A stretch of DNA of 64,000 nt from Phoronis australis (GCA_002633005.1 NMRA01000072.1:28973-92972), one strand, 5' to 3'; shown: positions 1-14,560, numbered from the stretch's first letter. The notes: generated from the letters alone by a model not told the origin. Translations and numbers: made by a program.

Positions 1-751
1 CATGCATAAATTGGGAAATAAGTAAAATGCTATCCACGAACACACAAACAGCACACTAATTCATTCAATAATTTGTTTGCAATTGTTTTGCACTACAAAC
101 CATAAAAACATGTTTTATATGTTAACTTAAAGCAGCACACTGGCCTGAGTTTTGATTTCCCAATTTCGATGACATGGACTCACTATGAAAATTTAACGGA
201 ATTTACTCACATTCAACACATCTTCCGCAGGTTCTTTTACAGTTATCACGCACCCATTGATTTCGCGAACACTGACCGTCGTTAAAAAAGTCTTTACATC
301 TGTCTACATGCTTAGATTGTAGTTCATCTTTGCAAAACCTAAATCAAAAAGGTATGAATGTTATTGCGTAACAGCATGTTCCGTGTACATGTATGTTCAA
401 GTAAAGCAAGCAAACTACAACAGTAGCCAACTGGGTTGACCAAAAATTTTCACCCTATCTATGCACTCAAATTGTTCATATACGATTTCGCATGAGACCA
501 TGGTATACTTTAATTCGGTGTCTATAGACAGAAACTTCAAAGACTGTACGAGCTAAAATCAATTACGATTAATTATCGTTTGAGATAAACCACGTTTTGG
601 TCGCCTGCGACTTTCGTTAACTCGAGGATAGTTAAGGCGATGCAAAGCCGAGGAGTTGCTGGATCAATTTTTAAATTGTTAAAAAGTTCGAATTCACACC
701 CCATTTTTGTTGAACGACTTAAATACATCTGCAGACAAGTGTCCCTCCACG

Positions 752-3700
752 GTGTCTGAGGGATGTTTCAAAACGCAAAGATGTCTTTGACTTTATTCGT
801 AGAAAAAACTTTTCAATTTATTGTTTACAAGATACACACTTTTTGGACTCAGAAAAGAATATAATTAGAGCAATGTGGGAATATGATGTATATTTAAGCT
901 GTGGGGTTAGTAATTCAAGGGGAGTTTGTATACTATTCAATAATAATTTTGAATTCGAAGTCATTGGTGAAAAGCGAGACCAAAAGAGTAACTTTTTGCT
1001 ATTGAATATTTTTGTTGAAACAAAAATTAAAATTTCTCTTATAAACCTTTATGGCCCGAATTCTGACGAACCAAATTTCTATAAATCAATTTGAGATTCC
1101 CTGTCTAGTCTTGATACCGACTTTGCTATAATATGTGGCGACTGGAATTTAGTCCAAGACTTTGAAAAAGATTGTTTTGCGTATGTGCGTTTAAATAATC
1201 CAAACGCAAGAAAAGAAGTTCTTAATATTTGTTCTCATTTTAACCTCATTGACTCATGGAGACAAGCCAATCCCAATAAGAAAGTATTTACGTGGCAAAA
1301 GACGAATCCGATCAAGAAAGCACGCCTAAACTTTTTCTTGTTTCAGACGAAATGTCTAATATTGTGGAACAGGTTAAAATGAATCCTGGATATAGGACCG
1401 ACCATTCTTCTGTTACACTCGAACTGAAAATTGGAAATTTTGCTAGAGGTTCGGGTCTTTGGCGATTTAATAATTCTCTACTTAAAGATGCACACTATGT
1501 AGAACTAATGAAAAATGTTATTAAAGAAACTAAAATCAAATACGCGGCTTTGCCTTACACGAGAAGCAGGATAACCGAAATTCCCGATGCGGATTTGTTG
1601 TTAAATATAGACGATTCGTTGTTTTTTGAAATGCTCCTACTCAACATTCGCAGTCAAATAATAAAATTTAGTAAAAAGAAAAAGAAAGAAACTGATCACT
1701 GTATAAAAACTTTAGAAACACAAATTAGTGTACTTTTCGACATAATTCTGCTGTTTTTGAAAAATTGTTTGATAAATTTTTTTGAAGAACTACGCCGTCT
1801 GAGAGAAGATATCATGAGAGGAGCTATGATAAGAACAAGAGCGCGCTAGATTGAGCACGGGGAAAAGCTGTCAAAATATTTTTCTAATCTTGAAAAGAGA
1901 AACTATATTAATAAAAATATTACCAAATTAAATATGCCCAATGGGGAAACGGTTACACACCAATCTCAGCTACTCTTGGAGGTATCAAATTCCTATAAAA
2001 TGTTGTACCAAAATAGAGACGATGTCACTGAGGATGTCAACTGGGATGTTTTAATTTATGATAATGTTAAAAAGTTAAGTGATATAGAGAACTCTTTGCT
2101 CGATGCAGCAATTTCTACAACTGAAGCCTGTTCGGTAGTTAAGTTCATGAAAAACAATAAATCACCAGGCCCGGACGGCTTCTCAGCTGAATTTTACGTT
2201 TTGGACTGATCTTTCAGTATTTTTGGTTCGTTCGCTTAATGATAGTTTTTCTAAAGGTAGATTGCCTGTAAGTCAAAATCAAGGGGTGATTTCTCTTCTG
2301 CCTAAGGGTAAAAAACCGAGAGAGTACCTGAAAAACTGGCCTCCCATCTCATTACTCAATACCAGTTATAAGATTTTGTCAGGTTGTCTCGCACAAAGAT
2401 TGAAACTGATAATTAGTACACTAGTACATGAAAATCAGAGGGGTTTTATCAAGGGTAGACATATAGGGGAAAGCACTAGGAATATTTATGATTTGATCCA
2501 TTGTACAGAAGATTTTAACACTCCAGGCCTTTTAGTACTTGTTGACTTTGAGAAGGCTTTTGATTCTACATGTATTTCGTGGAATTTCATTCATAAAGTT
2601 CTCAAATTCTTTAATTGTAGTGAAAATTTTATTGATTGGATTCATCTTCTAAATCAGGTCTCACGTCTTTCTGTTATACAACATAATTTCAAGTCAGAAT
2701 ATTTTGCGATTGGGCGCGGGTGTCGACAGGGGGATCCGATTTCTCCATATCACTTCATTCTGTGCGCAGAGATCATGGCAATTATGGTCCGTCAGAATTC
2801 GAAAATTAATGGCATTTGTATTGGGAGCTGATCTTGTAAAATAATGCCGTATGCCGATGATACAGTCTTAACTCTTAATGGGTCTAGCGACTCTCTGAAT
2901 GAAACCCTGAATCTTTTAGACCAATTTTTCAAGTTCTCTGGACTAAAACCTAATTTAGCAAAAAACAGAATGTGTATTGATAGGGTCTATGAAATACAGT
3001 GACATAAGGTTATGCCCTGAGAGAGAGCTACTTTGGAGAAATAAATATTTCACCACACTTGGTATTAAATTTAGTCTTGAGCTGCCTGAAATAACCACAT
3101 TAAATTATGAAGAAAAGATCAGTGAAATTGAAGGTGGTTTCAGGACGTGGGCCAAAAGAATTTTGACTCCCCTGGGAAAAATAACTGTAATAAAATAATT
3201 TATGATTTCCAAACTAATTTATTTGTTTATTGCATTACCTTCCCCGTTACAGGAAACGATTCAAAGACTAGAAACACTTTTCTATAATTTTTATGGGATG
3301 GTAAAAACGATAAAATTGGTCGAACTACGGTTATTCAAAATTTCACGCATGGAGGCTGTAAAATGATACACATTAGCTATTTCATCAAATCTTTAAATAT
3401 TCCATGGTTTCGTAAAATAAATTCATGTAGTGAAGAGTTGTGAATGGATATTTTGTCCCAAACAAAATAACTTTTTTAATACCCATCGTAACTACTTGTG
3501 CTTTGGCACAACATTTTATGAGATCTGGTCCAAAATATTTCAAATTTGTCCTGGAAAGAGATATTCTCTTACATTAAAAATTTTTTGAGTAAATTTCCTA
3601 TAAAAAGACAAAATATCATATATGAACCTTTGTGGTACAACTCTAATATTTTGGCAGGTAAAAGACATTTATACTATAGAAGGTGGTATGAGAAAAATAT

Positions 3701-4651
3701 TGTATTTATTTATGACTTTTTAGACTCTAATAGGACGTTTATGAATTATGAAACTTTCTGTAAAGTACATGATTTTTATCCACCCTTCAATGAATACCTT
3801 GGTGTTAGGAGTATATTACGATCATATCTAAGAGATAGTAAAGGTTCCGTCTTTCAAGTTACTTTACCAAATTTTCTACAGGTATTCTATAACACCCTAT
3901 TTTGCCAAAAGCCAAATAAATTTATCTATGATACTTTAGTTTATCAGCTATATGGAAAACCAAAATTTGAGTTAAAGTGGGAGATGGTGTTGAATTTGCA
4001 ATTATCTGATGAATGGTGGAGAAAAACCTACTGTTGTTCTGTAGACTTCACATCTGATACGAAATTAGAATGGTTTCAAATTAGATTGACTCATAGAATT
4101 TTAAGTACAAACACTTTTCTCCATAAATTTGGAGTTACTTACTCGCAATTGTGCACCTTTTGTAAAAAGGAACCAGAGGACTTAATTCATCTCTACTGGT
4201 CACGTCATGTTGTGTGTACCTTTTGGTCGGCATTATTTCGATGGATCGACCAAATACTAAATATAACCTTAAATCTTGCCATCATCGATATCCTTTTTGG
4301 TAAGCATTCTGAATCAAAAGTAATAAATCTAGTATTGATATTGGGTAAATATCATATATATCGTCGTACATGTTGGTTAGAAAAACGCTTACCCTGTATT
4401 GAACATCTCAAGGCAGAGATATATGAATACTTCAAAATTGAAAAATACATTTTTGCCAAAAATTGTGAACTTTTGGAATTTCATAAGAGATGATCTCCTA
4501 TGGTTCTTTTGTTTCGTTGACTGAGGTTACAACTAAGATTTAGGCCCCCGGAGTGAATGAATGTATGAATGTGTATATTCCCTTTAAATTTAGTATATGT
4601 CTCACGCTACTTATGGATGATTAAATGTTAAAAAAAAGAAAAAAAGAAAAA
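752..4651 (+). mobile_element. L1/Tx1-clade non-LTR retrotransposon, 5'-truncated at the start of ORF2, inactivated (copy 1)
   Basis: Broken ORF2 pieces with APE endonuclease motifs (CLQDTH, SRGVCILF, NLYGPN, GDWN, TDHS), RT motifs (KSPGPDG, PISLLNTSYKILS, DFEKAFD, GCRQGDPISP, YADD) and a C-terminal C-x2-C...H knuckle (CTFCKKEPEDLIHLYW). A-rich tail 4630-4651; perfect 15-bp TSD AAGTGTCCCTCCACG at 737-751 and 4652-4666. Confidence 0.95.
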
Positions 4652-4955
4652 AAGTGTCCCTCCACGACTTTTGATGTTAAAATCGATCGTACTTGACTTG
4701 TCTAAAAACGTCCAAGTTTGCACTGACTTTGTTCACATAACTCTGAACACTGGGACTTGTTTTGTATTACTGTACTTTGTTCCGCTTTTGAATCTTGTCA
4801 TGTAACATAGTGATTAGAATGGAGTGATGTCCACTCAACTTCACAGCCTAGGTTAACAAAAAATATTCACACGATCCTTCACGAATAAACGCTCTGAGAG
4901 CTGCTGCTGTACGGTAAGCAGAGAAGGGGCCCTTTGTTATGCTTTACCAGACATN

Positions 4956-5056
4956 AAGGGTGGAGGGAGATAGAGATCGAGGGAGGGAGTCCCTGAGGGA
5001 GAGAGATAGGAGGAGGGACGGATGGAGAGAGCTTGGGAGGGAGTTGAGGAGGGAGC
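4956..5056. repeat. GA-rich low-complexity tract
   Basis: Purine-rich GGGA/GAGA run directly after the N. Confidence 0.8.
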
Positions 5057-7032
5057 TCACCGGCGACAGCGACGTTGTCCGATGTCAAGTTAAATTAACG
5101 AATTTGAGAAGGGAGACATTACCAGGAAGGTCGAGTGGCAGTTGAACGATTTTGTATTATATTCAGAAAGTAGTTACATAGCTAAGGTTAATTTAGAACA
5201 TAATGATCTCTTTAGTTAGAAAGAACGGTTTCTTTTTAAAGGAATGTGACCGATTTTCATGTCCTAAATTATTCTTTAGGACGTTTTGCAGCTGGTCATG
5301 CCCTTGATGTAAAGTCAAATATGGTCTGATTGTTCTCATGTACGCCACGGGCGCTTCCGCAACAGGTGGGTAGAGTTCAAAAACTTTAGGATTTGGCTAG
5401 GACCTTCACGAAATTACTCGAGGTGTTGTTGTATTTTGAATGAGAATACACTATTTGGCTGGGTTTTTTTCAGCCGCCTTACATCTGCTTAGGTTTCATG
5501 CGAGTTGCCTTGTACAACATAACTCTAAGCATAGAATGTCAATTACCACGCTTCAGATGTGCAACGTTATAGTTATTTCAGTGATTAATTATTTCTTGCA
5601 ATTAGGTTGAAATACTACGGAGCTGGCATTCGTTTTAGTGACACTAAGGAAGCGGACAGTTTTTCTGGAAACCATGTTCGGCGCTTTTAGACGGCAAAAT
5701 ATTACTAAAGTATAGGAGCCATTTGTTCGGACAAAGTCTCCGGTGGCAACAGAACTAAACATATATCATTTGTACAAAACAAAAAAATTCACCTTTACTT
5801 ATATACCATAGCAAAACTGACACTGCAACAGACGAATGCAATAATCTCTTACGCATTCGCGGTGCAACCATAGCCGTGTGTGACCGAGTTGGCATACAGG
5901 TAGCATCCCTAGAGTTCTATGCTTTGTCAATAGAACTTCTCCCAATAGTTTTTGTAATTTTTTGGTGTCTAATACGACCATCTTCTCATCATCCAGGAAG
6001 CCGGCCATGGGTACTAATGCTGCCCACATGTAGCTGAGAGCTAGACTTAATTTAAGTCACCTAGTTAGAGGGTTTTGCTGTATTTGATATACGCCAACTC
6101 TATGCATTCTCTGAAGCGAACATTACCTTGCTGTTATAAATTAGTCAAAGAGATCAACTGAGAACACAGGACACGGATCAAAATTCAATTTTCTAAAGTA
6201 AAAAGCACGGCACTAATATTGAATTGGAAGATTATTCAAGATTTACCATGACCTAAACACTGTACCGGCCTTTTAGCAAGTCATGCATAAATTGGGAAAT
6301 AAGTAAAATGCTATCCACGAACACACAAACAGCACACTAATTCATTCAATAATTTGTGTGCAATTGTTTTGCACTACAAACCATAAAAACATGTTTTATA
6401 TGTTGACCTAAAGCATCAGACTGGCCTGAGTTTTGATTTCCCAATTTCGATAACATGGACTCACTATGAAAATTTAACGGAATTTACTCACATTCAACAC
6501 ATCTTCCGCAGGTTCTTTTACAGTTATCACGCACCCATTGATTTCGCGGACACTGACCGTCGTTAAAAAAGTCTTTACATCTGTCTACATGCTTAGATTG
6601 TAGTTCATCTTTGCAAAACCTAAATCAAAAAGGTATGAATGTTATTGCGTAACAGCATGTTCCGTGTACATGTATGTTCAAGTAAAGCAAGCAAACTACA
6701 ACAGTAGCCAACTGGGTTGACCAAAAATTTTCACCCTATCTATGCACTCAAATTGTTCATATACGATTTCGCATGAGACCATGGTATACTTTAATTCGGT
6801 GTCTATAGACAGAAACTTCAAAGACTGTACGAGCTAAAATCAATTACGATTAATTATCGTTTGAGATAAACCACGTTTTGGTCGCCTGCGACTTTCGTTA
6901 ACTCGAGGATAGTTAAGGCGATGCAAAGCCGAGGAGTTGCTGGATCAATTTTTAAATTGTTAAAAAGTTCGAATTCACACCCCATTTTTGTTGAACGACT
7001 TAAATACATCTGCAGACAAGTGTCCCTCCACG

Positions 7033-10000
7033 GTGTCTGAGGGATGTTTCAAAACGCAAAGATGTCTTTGACTTTATTCGTAGAAAAAACTTTTCAATTT
7101 ATTGTTTACAAGATACACACTTTTTGGACTCAGAAAAGAATATAATTAGAGCAATGTGGGAATATGATGTATATTTAAGCTGTGGGGTTAGTAATTCAAG
7201 GGGAGTTTGTATACTATTCAATAATAATTTTGAATTCGAAGTCATTGGTGAAAAGCGAGACCAAAAGAGTAACTTTTTGCTATTGAATATTTTTGTTGAA
7301 ACAAAAATTAAAATTTCTCTTATAAACCTTTATGGCCCGAATTCTGACGAACCAAATTTCTATAAATCAATTTGAGATTCCCTGTCTAGTCTTGATACCG
7401 ACTTTGCTATAATATGTGGCGACTGGAATTTAGTCCAAGACTTTGAAAAAGATTGTTTTGCGTATGTGCGTTTAAATAATCCAAACGCAAGAAAAGAAGT
7501 TCTTAATATTTGTTCTCATTTTAACCTCATTGACTCATGGAGACAAGCCAATCCCAATAAGAAAGTATTTACGTGGCAAAAGACGAATCCGATCAAGAAA
7601 GCACGCCTAAACTTTTTCTTGTTTCAGACGAAATGTCTAATATTGTGGAACAGGTTAAAATGAATCCTGGATATAGGACCGACCATTCTTCTGTTACACT
7701 CGAACTGAAAATTGGAAATTTTGCTAGAGGTTCGGGTCTTTGGCGATTTAATAATTCTCTACTTAAAGATGCACACTATGTAGAACTAATGAAAAATGTT
7801 ATTAAAGAAACTAAAATCAAATACGCGGCTTTGCCTTACACGAGAAGCAGGATAACCGAAATTCCCGATGCGGATTTGTTGTTAAATATAGACGATTCGT
7901 TGTTTTTTGAAATGCTCCTACTCAACATTCGCAGTCAAATAATAAAATTTAGTAAAAAGAAAAAGAAAGAAACTGATCACTGTATAAAAACTTTAGAAAC
8001 ACAAATTAGTGTACTTTTCGACATAATTCTGCTGTTTTTGAAAAATTGTTTGATTCATTTTTTTGAAGAACTACGCCGTCTGAGAGAAGATATCATGAGA
8101 GGAGCTATGATAAGAACAAGAGCGCGCTAGATTGAGCACGGGGAAAAGCTGTCAAAATATTTTTCTAATCTTGAAAAGTGAAACTATATTAAATACCAAA
8201 TTAAATATGCCCAATGGGGAAACGGTTACACACCAATCTCAGCTACTCTTGGAGGTATCAAATTCCTATAAAATGTTGTACCAAAATAGAGACGATGTCA
8301 CTGAGGGTGTCAACTGGGATGTTTTAATTTATGATAATGTTAAAAAGTTAAGTGATATAGAGAACTCTGCTCGATGAACCAATTTCTACAAGTGAAGCCT
8401 GTTCGGTAGTTAAGTTCATGAAAAACAATAAATCACCAGGCCCGGACGGCTTCTCAGCTGAATTTTACAAATGTTTTTGGACTGATCTTTCAGTATTTTT
8501 GGTTCGTTCGTTTAATGATAGTTTTTCTAAAGTTAGATTGCCTGTAAGTCAAAATCAAGGGGTGATTTCTCTTCTGCCTAAGGGTAAAAAAACGAGAGAG
8601 TACCTGACAAACTGGCGTCCCATCTCATTACTCAATACCAGTTATAAGATTTTGTCAGGTTGTCTCGCGCAAAGATTGAAACTGATAGTTAGTACACCAC
8701 TACATGAACATCGGAGGGGTTTTATCAAGGGTAGACATATAGGGGAAAACACTAGGAATATTGATGATTTGATCCATTGTACAGAAGATATTAACATTCC
8801 AGGCCTTTTAGTACTTGTTGACTTTGAGAAGGCTTTTGATTCTATTTCGTGGAATTTGATTTGTAAAGTTCTCAAATTCTTTAATTGTAGTGAAAATTTT
8901 ATTGATTGGATTCATCTTCTAAATGAGGTCTCACGTCTTTCGGTTATACAACATAATTTCACGTCAGAATATTTTGCGATTGCGCGCGGGTGTCGACAGG
9001 GGGATCCGATTTCTCCATATCTCTTCATTCTGTGCGCAGAGATCATGGCAATTATGGTCCGTCAGAATTCAAAAAATAATGGCATTTGTATTGGGAGCAG
9101 ATCTCGTAAAATAATGCCGTATGCCGATGATACATTCTTAACTGTTAATGGGTCTAGCGACTCTCTGAATGAAACCCTGAATCTTTTAGACCAATTTTCA
9201 AGTTCTCTGGACTAAAACCTAATTTAGCAAAAAACAGAATGTGTATTGATAGGGTCTATCGAATACAGTGACATAAGGTTATGCCCTGAGAGAGAGCTAC
9301 TTTGGAGAAAAAAATATTTCACCACACTTGGTATTAAATTTAGTCTTGAGCTGCCTGAAATAACCACATTAAATTATGAAGAAAAGATCAGTGAAATTGA
9401 AGGTGGTTTCAGGACGTAGGCCAAAAGAATTTTGACTCCCCTGGGAAAAATAACTGTAATAAAATAATTTATGATTTCCAAACTAATTCATTTGTTTATT
9501 GCATTACCTTCCCCGTTACAGGAAACGATTCAAAGACTAGAAACACTTTTCTATAATTTTTATGGGATGGTAAAAACGATAAAATTGGTCGAACTACTGT
9601 TATTCAAAATTTCACGCATGGAGGCTGTAAAATGATACACATTAGCTATTTCATCAAATCTTTAAATATTCCATGGTTTCGTAAAATAAATTCATGTAGT
9701 GAAGAGTTGTGAATGGATATTTTGTCCCAAACAAAATAACTTTTTTAATACCCATCGTAACTACTTGTGCTTTGGCACAACATTTTATGAGATCTGGTCC
9801 AAAATATTTCAAATTTGTCCTGGAAAGAGATATTCTCTTACATTAAAAATTTTTTGAGTAAATTTCCTATAAAAAGACAAAATATCATATATGAACCTTT
9901 GTGGTACAACTCTAATATTTTGGCAGGTAAAAGACATTTATACTATAGAAGGTGGTATGAGAAAAATATTGTATTTATTTATGACTTTTTAGACTCTAAT

Positions 10001-10920
10001 AGGACGTTTATGAATTATGAAACTTTCTGTAAAGTACATGATTTTTATCCACCCTTCAATGAATACCTTGGTGTTAGGAGTATATTACGATCATATCTAA
10101 GAGATAGTAAAGGTTCCGTCTTTCAAGTTACTTTACCAAATTTTCTACAGGTATTCTATAACACCCTATTTTGCCAAAAGCCAAATAAATTTATCTATGA
10201 TACTTTAGTTTATCAGCTATATGGAAAACCAAAATTTGAGTTAAAGTGGGAGATGGTGTTGAATTTGCAATTATCTGATGAATGGTGGAGAAAAACCTAC
10301 TGTTGTTCTGTAGACTTCACATCTGATACGAAATTAGAATGGTTTCAAATTAGATTGACTCATAGAATTTTAAGTACAAACACTTTTCTCCATAAATTTG
10401 GAGTTACTTACTCGCAATTGTGCACCTTTTGTAAAAAGGAACCAGAGGACTTAATTCATCTCTACTGGTCACGTCATGTTGTGTGTACCTTTTGGTCGGC
10501 ATTATTTCGATGGATCGACCAAATACTAAATATAACCTTAAATCTTGCCATCATCGATATCCTTTTTGGTAAGCATTCTGAATCAAAAGTAATAAATCTA
10601 GTATTGATATTGGGTAAATATCATATATATCGTCGTACATGTAGGTTAGAAAAACGCTTACCCTGTATTGAACATCTCAAGGCAGAGATATATGAATACT
10701 TCAAAATTGAAAAATACATTTTTGCCAAAAATTGTAAACTTTTGGAATTTCATAAGAGATGGTCTCCTATGGTTCTTTTGTTTCGTTGACTGAGGTTACA
10801 ACTAAGATGTAGGCCCCCAGAGCGAATGAATGTATGAATGTGTATATTCCCTTTAAATTTAGTATATGTCTCACGCTACTTATGGATGATTAAATGTTAA
10901 AAAAAATGAAAAAAGAAAAA
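7033..10920 (+). mobile_element. L1/Tx1-clade non-LTR retrotransposon (copy 2, same insertion site as copy 1)
   Basis: Same motifs and most of the same stops/frameshifts as copy 1; TSD AAGTGTCCCTCCACG at 7018-7032 and 10921-10935. Confidence 0.95.
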
Positions 10921-11224
10921 AAGTGTCCCTCCACGACTTTTGATGTTAAAATCGATCGTACTTGACTTGTCTAAAAACGTCCAAGTTTGCACTGACTTTG
11001 TTCACATAACTTTGAACACTGGGACTTGTTTTGTATTACTGTACTTTGTTCCGCTTTTGAATCTTGTCATGTAACATAGTGATTAGAATGGAGTGATGTC
11101 CACTCAACTTCACAGCCTAGGTTAACAAAAAATATTCACACGATCTTTCACGAATAAACGCTCTGAGAGCTGCTGCTGTACGGTAAGCAGAGAAGGGGCC
11201 CTTTGTTATGCTTTACCAGACATT

Positions 11225-11520
11225 GGCCAGTCAGCTGTTGCCTATGCTCTACCTATATGATCAATATAAGCCAGAGCCACGCAAACAGATTAAAAAGACT
11301 ACTAAATATATGCCTTCGTGTCATTACAGAATGCACCAAGTTTACCTCAATTGCGGCTCTGCCACATCTCACGAGAATTCCTTGAAAGACTCAACAACGG
11401 TCAGTCACAGCAACAATTGCCATCCAAAACCTCATGCATCCTCTGTACAATCAGCCCCCCGTTCAGTAATTAACGAGGATCTCGCTAAAAAGCAAGACTT
11501 CGGGAGATTACGTGAGATAT
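11225..11520 (+). pseudogene. Degenerate non-LTR RT C-terminal fragment (Ingi/Vingi-like)
   Basis: LLNICLRVITECTKFTSIAALPHLTRIP resembles the post-RT 'N..LR.ITG..K.T....L..L..I.P' segment; frameshifted. Confidence 0.45.
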
Positions 11521-12649
11521 TGCCATGTACTTTAAATGATAACACGTGACTTTGACTAGGTTTTAGCTAGGTCCTGGCGTAGGCCCTAGCGTCTACTTAG
11601 TGCACGCCAGGTGTCCGAGTCTTTTAAAAAGGTCATGGCCCCAGCTGCCGTCCTCAAGCCTACAACCTCCAATCAGTTAGATCTACGCACAGGGCAAATG
11701 GGTGGTTTGTGATAGATGTAGATGATGAAAGGGCTAATGTGTACCGGTACATGTATTTGTAACTGCTGCATTATACAGCGGTCAACGTGGAGGGCTTTAC
11801 ATGTGCATATAAATTAAGAAATATATTTAAAATTCTTTTATCCCAATGCAGTTTTCAAATTCTCCGCCCCTATGTGTGAGCGCTCAAAGAAGTCGAACTG
11901 ACTGCTGCTTAAGTGTATAGACATGCTTTGTTTTCATCAAAGGCCAAAGGCTACATTTTCCTGGTTGTAAGTAAAGCAAGTCGGTAAATATTTTTATTAT
12001 AGTGACAAATGCTTCGGACAAGAAAACATGAACACATCCCACCACAGGACTTATAAGTCAATTTAGATACATCAAGAACAACAAAAAACATGTGTACACG
12101 CATTGCATTATAAGCAAGAGGATCAAAAAGAATACCCAGTGATATAGTGATGATAAATAAATAAATAAATAGATAAATAATAGTTTCTCGTACCTCAAAA
12201 TATTCTGGTGTGTTTTTGCATGAGAATGTTGTAGAATACAACATTCCTTTCACGTTACGTTCATGTCGTTACGCATACATGTAGGCGCTGTGGAATGAGT
12301 ATCCCGACTGACCGATCGGAAAGTCGGGATAAAAGCTAGTCGTTATCGGTTTGACCGTGGCAAACCAACGTTTACACATTCTATCTCTCTCATTGTCTCA
12401 TTTCAGCTTATAAGCTCACATAATCCAGCGATTAGTTTGTAAACAGTGCGCCTAACGCCAGACGATATTTAAAAGTACAATTTGCAAACGACTATCAACA
12501 AATATCGTGAAGCAGATGTGTTTTGTATGAAATACATTCACCAAAAATCTTCGAGTGGAGAAAAACGGTCGACTTTCAGAGAAATTAGACTTACATGTAA
12601 CTTTAACCTGTTGACTCATTTATGTTAATGGAATATCTGACCAGCTTAA

Positions 12650-13370
12650 AGGAGAATGCCACCAAAAACGTAGTTTGTATCAGCTTATAACGAATATTTC
12701 CACTCCATAAGAACAAGTTCAGTTCTTTTACCGGACACCAGAAGGCAGACGGAGGTGCTAAATTTAACCAATGTCGTCACAGGTTCTAACACGGTCTGCT
12801 CAGCAGTTCGCGACATTTTTATTGGTGGCAGCTTATCGCTTGCATTCATCGTTATACACCAAAAAATCATCAAAATTCGATGCAAAACACAAGTACACTG
12901 AGTTTCTAAACAAACGAGTCAATTTATTTCGCTGTTACGCCTTCATAGAAATTTTGATCGTTCCGCTGGGCTAATAAGCCAACTTACCGAAATCGGTCGC
13001 AGCAAGTTTGGTGTCTGGTGATAAATTAGAATTATTCTTCCGTGAAATACAGACCATGAGGAGGGCATAGCCGTGAGTTGAAATTTTAGACTTTCGAATG
13101 TCGTCTTTTATAAACACAAAACGCTCATTGAAACTCAGTGGCTCGGAACGCGATCTGACCCTTCGCTGCCGAACTGAACATAATCCAGCTAGGTTAGTCG
13201 GCTGCCAAAGTTGAAAACTAAATTTCAGTCACGAACAGACTAGACTAGTGAACCAAAGAAATACTGTGCACGTGGATAATTTGGTGAATTCGCCGCGAAC
13301 TTGCAAATCTACTTACTGGACGGGACTGCGAAGCCAAGTTCGTGTTGAATGAACAGCTCAAAGTTGTGTA
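12650..13370 (+). mobile_element. Non-autonomous Kolobok-type element, 5' part, diverged copy
   Basis: TTAA (12646-12649) followed by AGGAGAATGCCACC; alignable by eye to 30262-31040; right end not found. Confidence 0.75.
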
Positions 13371-13559
13371 TCACACGCTAGCTTTGTTTTGAGTTGCGGG
13401 CTTTCTACCGCTTGTTAATGACATTCACACTCCCTGCTTGTATGCTTTCACGTGCAATTCACAGTTCATTTCGCTTAGTGTATTTAGATTCCATTCACTG
13501 CCTGTGACATGAATTAGTCACGAAATATAGCTACGTTTTTTGTTTATTTGTTATGTCTC

Positions 13560-14560
13560 TTGATTTGTTACTTCATTCCTGCACACCAGAAGAAAAGAGA
13601 ATGTCCCGAAATTACTAACGTACCAGTATCAAGCTCGCTAACAAAAAGTCTCAGTAGGCGTATACTTTTGGGGGTTAATGATTTGTCTAAGGTATTTTTA
13701 ATGAGATACCACATCGACCAGAGTCCCACTGTAAAACCATTTCCCATATCGTCCAAGGGGAGCGAAATTTCTGAAAACGACCACCTTGGTTTTCTTCAAG
13801 TTTCCTTGCTTGCCCCACGATTCGCAAAATTCTGCCAAACAATTTAGCATACGTTGTAAGTTGACGGCGGTAGTGGAACATAAAACCATGATACAACGCA
13901 AATAATTTTGGGGTGATCATGCAACCCTGGGGCGTGCCAACAATACAATCAAAGAACTCCGCAAGACCATCGTGAGTTTTCAAACAAGTGCCCAAGTCGC
14001 CATAAAGAGAGCTGACCATGCACATCAATATTTTTCAATCTAGGGAAGAGTAAATTATGAGGGATTCGATCGAATGCCTTCGAGACATCTACAAGGGTAC
14101 AGTAAAATATCCCACCTTGCCGATTCAAATACTTATGACACATAGTTTGAAATGTAAAAACTTGGTTAGTCATAGAGTAGCTCTTTCTAAAGCTATCTGG
14201 ACACTCATAAAAATTCATCATTATTTTCAGCCTAGCAATAAAGACTATTATTAAAAAGTTTGGAAAAAAAGCTTTCCCAAAACAGACAACAGGAAAACAC
14301 CTCTATAGTTATTTTGGAGAATCGGTATTACCTTGTTTATGTACTTGAGTAAGCATTGCGTCACACCATGTCCGGGGATAATACTCAGAATGAAAAATTG
14401 CATTAAATAACTGATGCAAAACTGGCACTATCGTTACCTCAGTGCACTTCAGCATTTCAAAAATAACGCCATCATCAACACCAGCCTTGAGATTAGGCAA
14501 TTGTTAAATGGCCTCATATATTTCACATGGCAAAACAATCAATACTAAGATCAAATAGGA
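13560..14560 (-). pseudogene. Decayed non-LTR reverse transcriptase (RTE-X/CR1-like)
   Basis: Colinear fragments: DGVIFEMLK..LFNAIF..W..VHKQG, FRKSYS..VFT..VDVSKAFDRI, GTPQGCMITPKLFALY, LQRMLNCL..FC..W...NLKKTKVVVF. Confidence 0.85.

Larger units (their letters stand above)
1..11223. repeat. Direct duplication 1-4954 vs 6282-11223, probably two haplotypes assembled in tandem
   Basis: Offset 6281 at the start; flanks and L1 are both duplicated; the first copy stops exactly at the N at 4955. Confidence 0.9.

Noticed and set aside
1-11223. Real tandem segmental duplication or two independent L1 insertions
   Set aside because: Same TSD and flanks, and the junction is at an N; allelic duplication is more parsimonious, though not proven.
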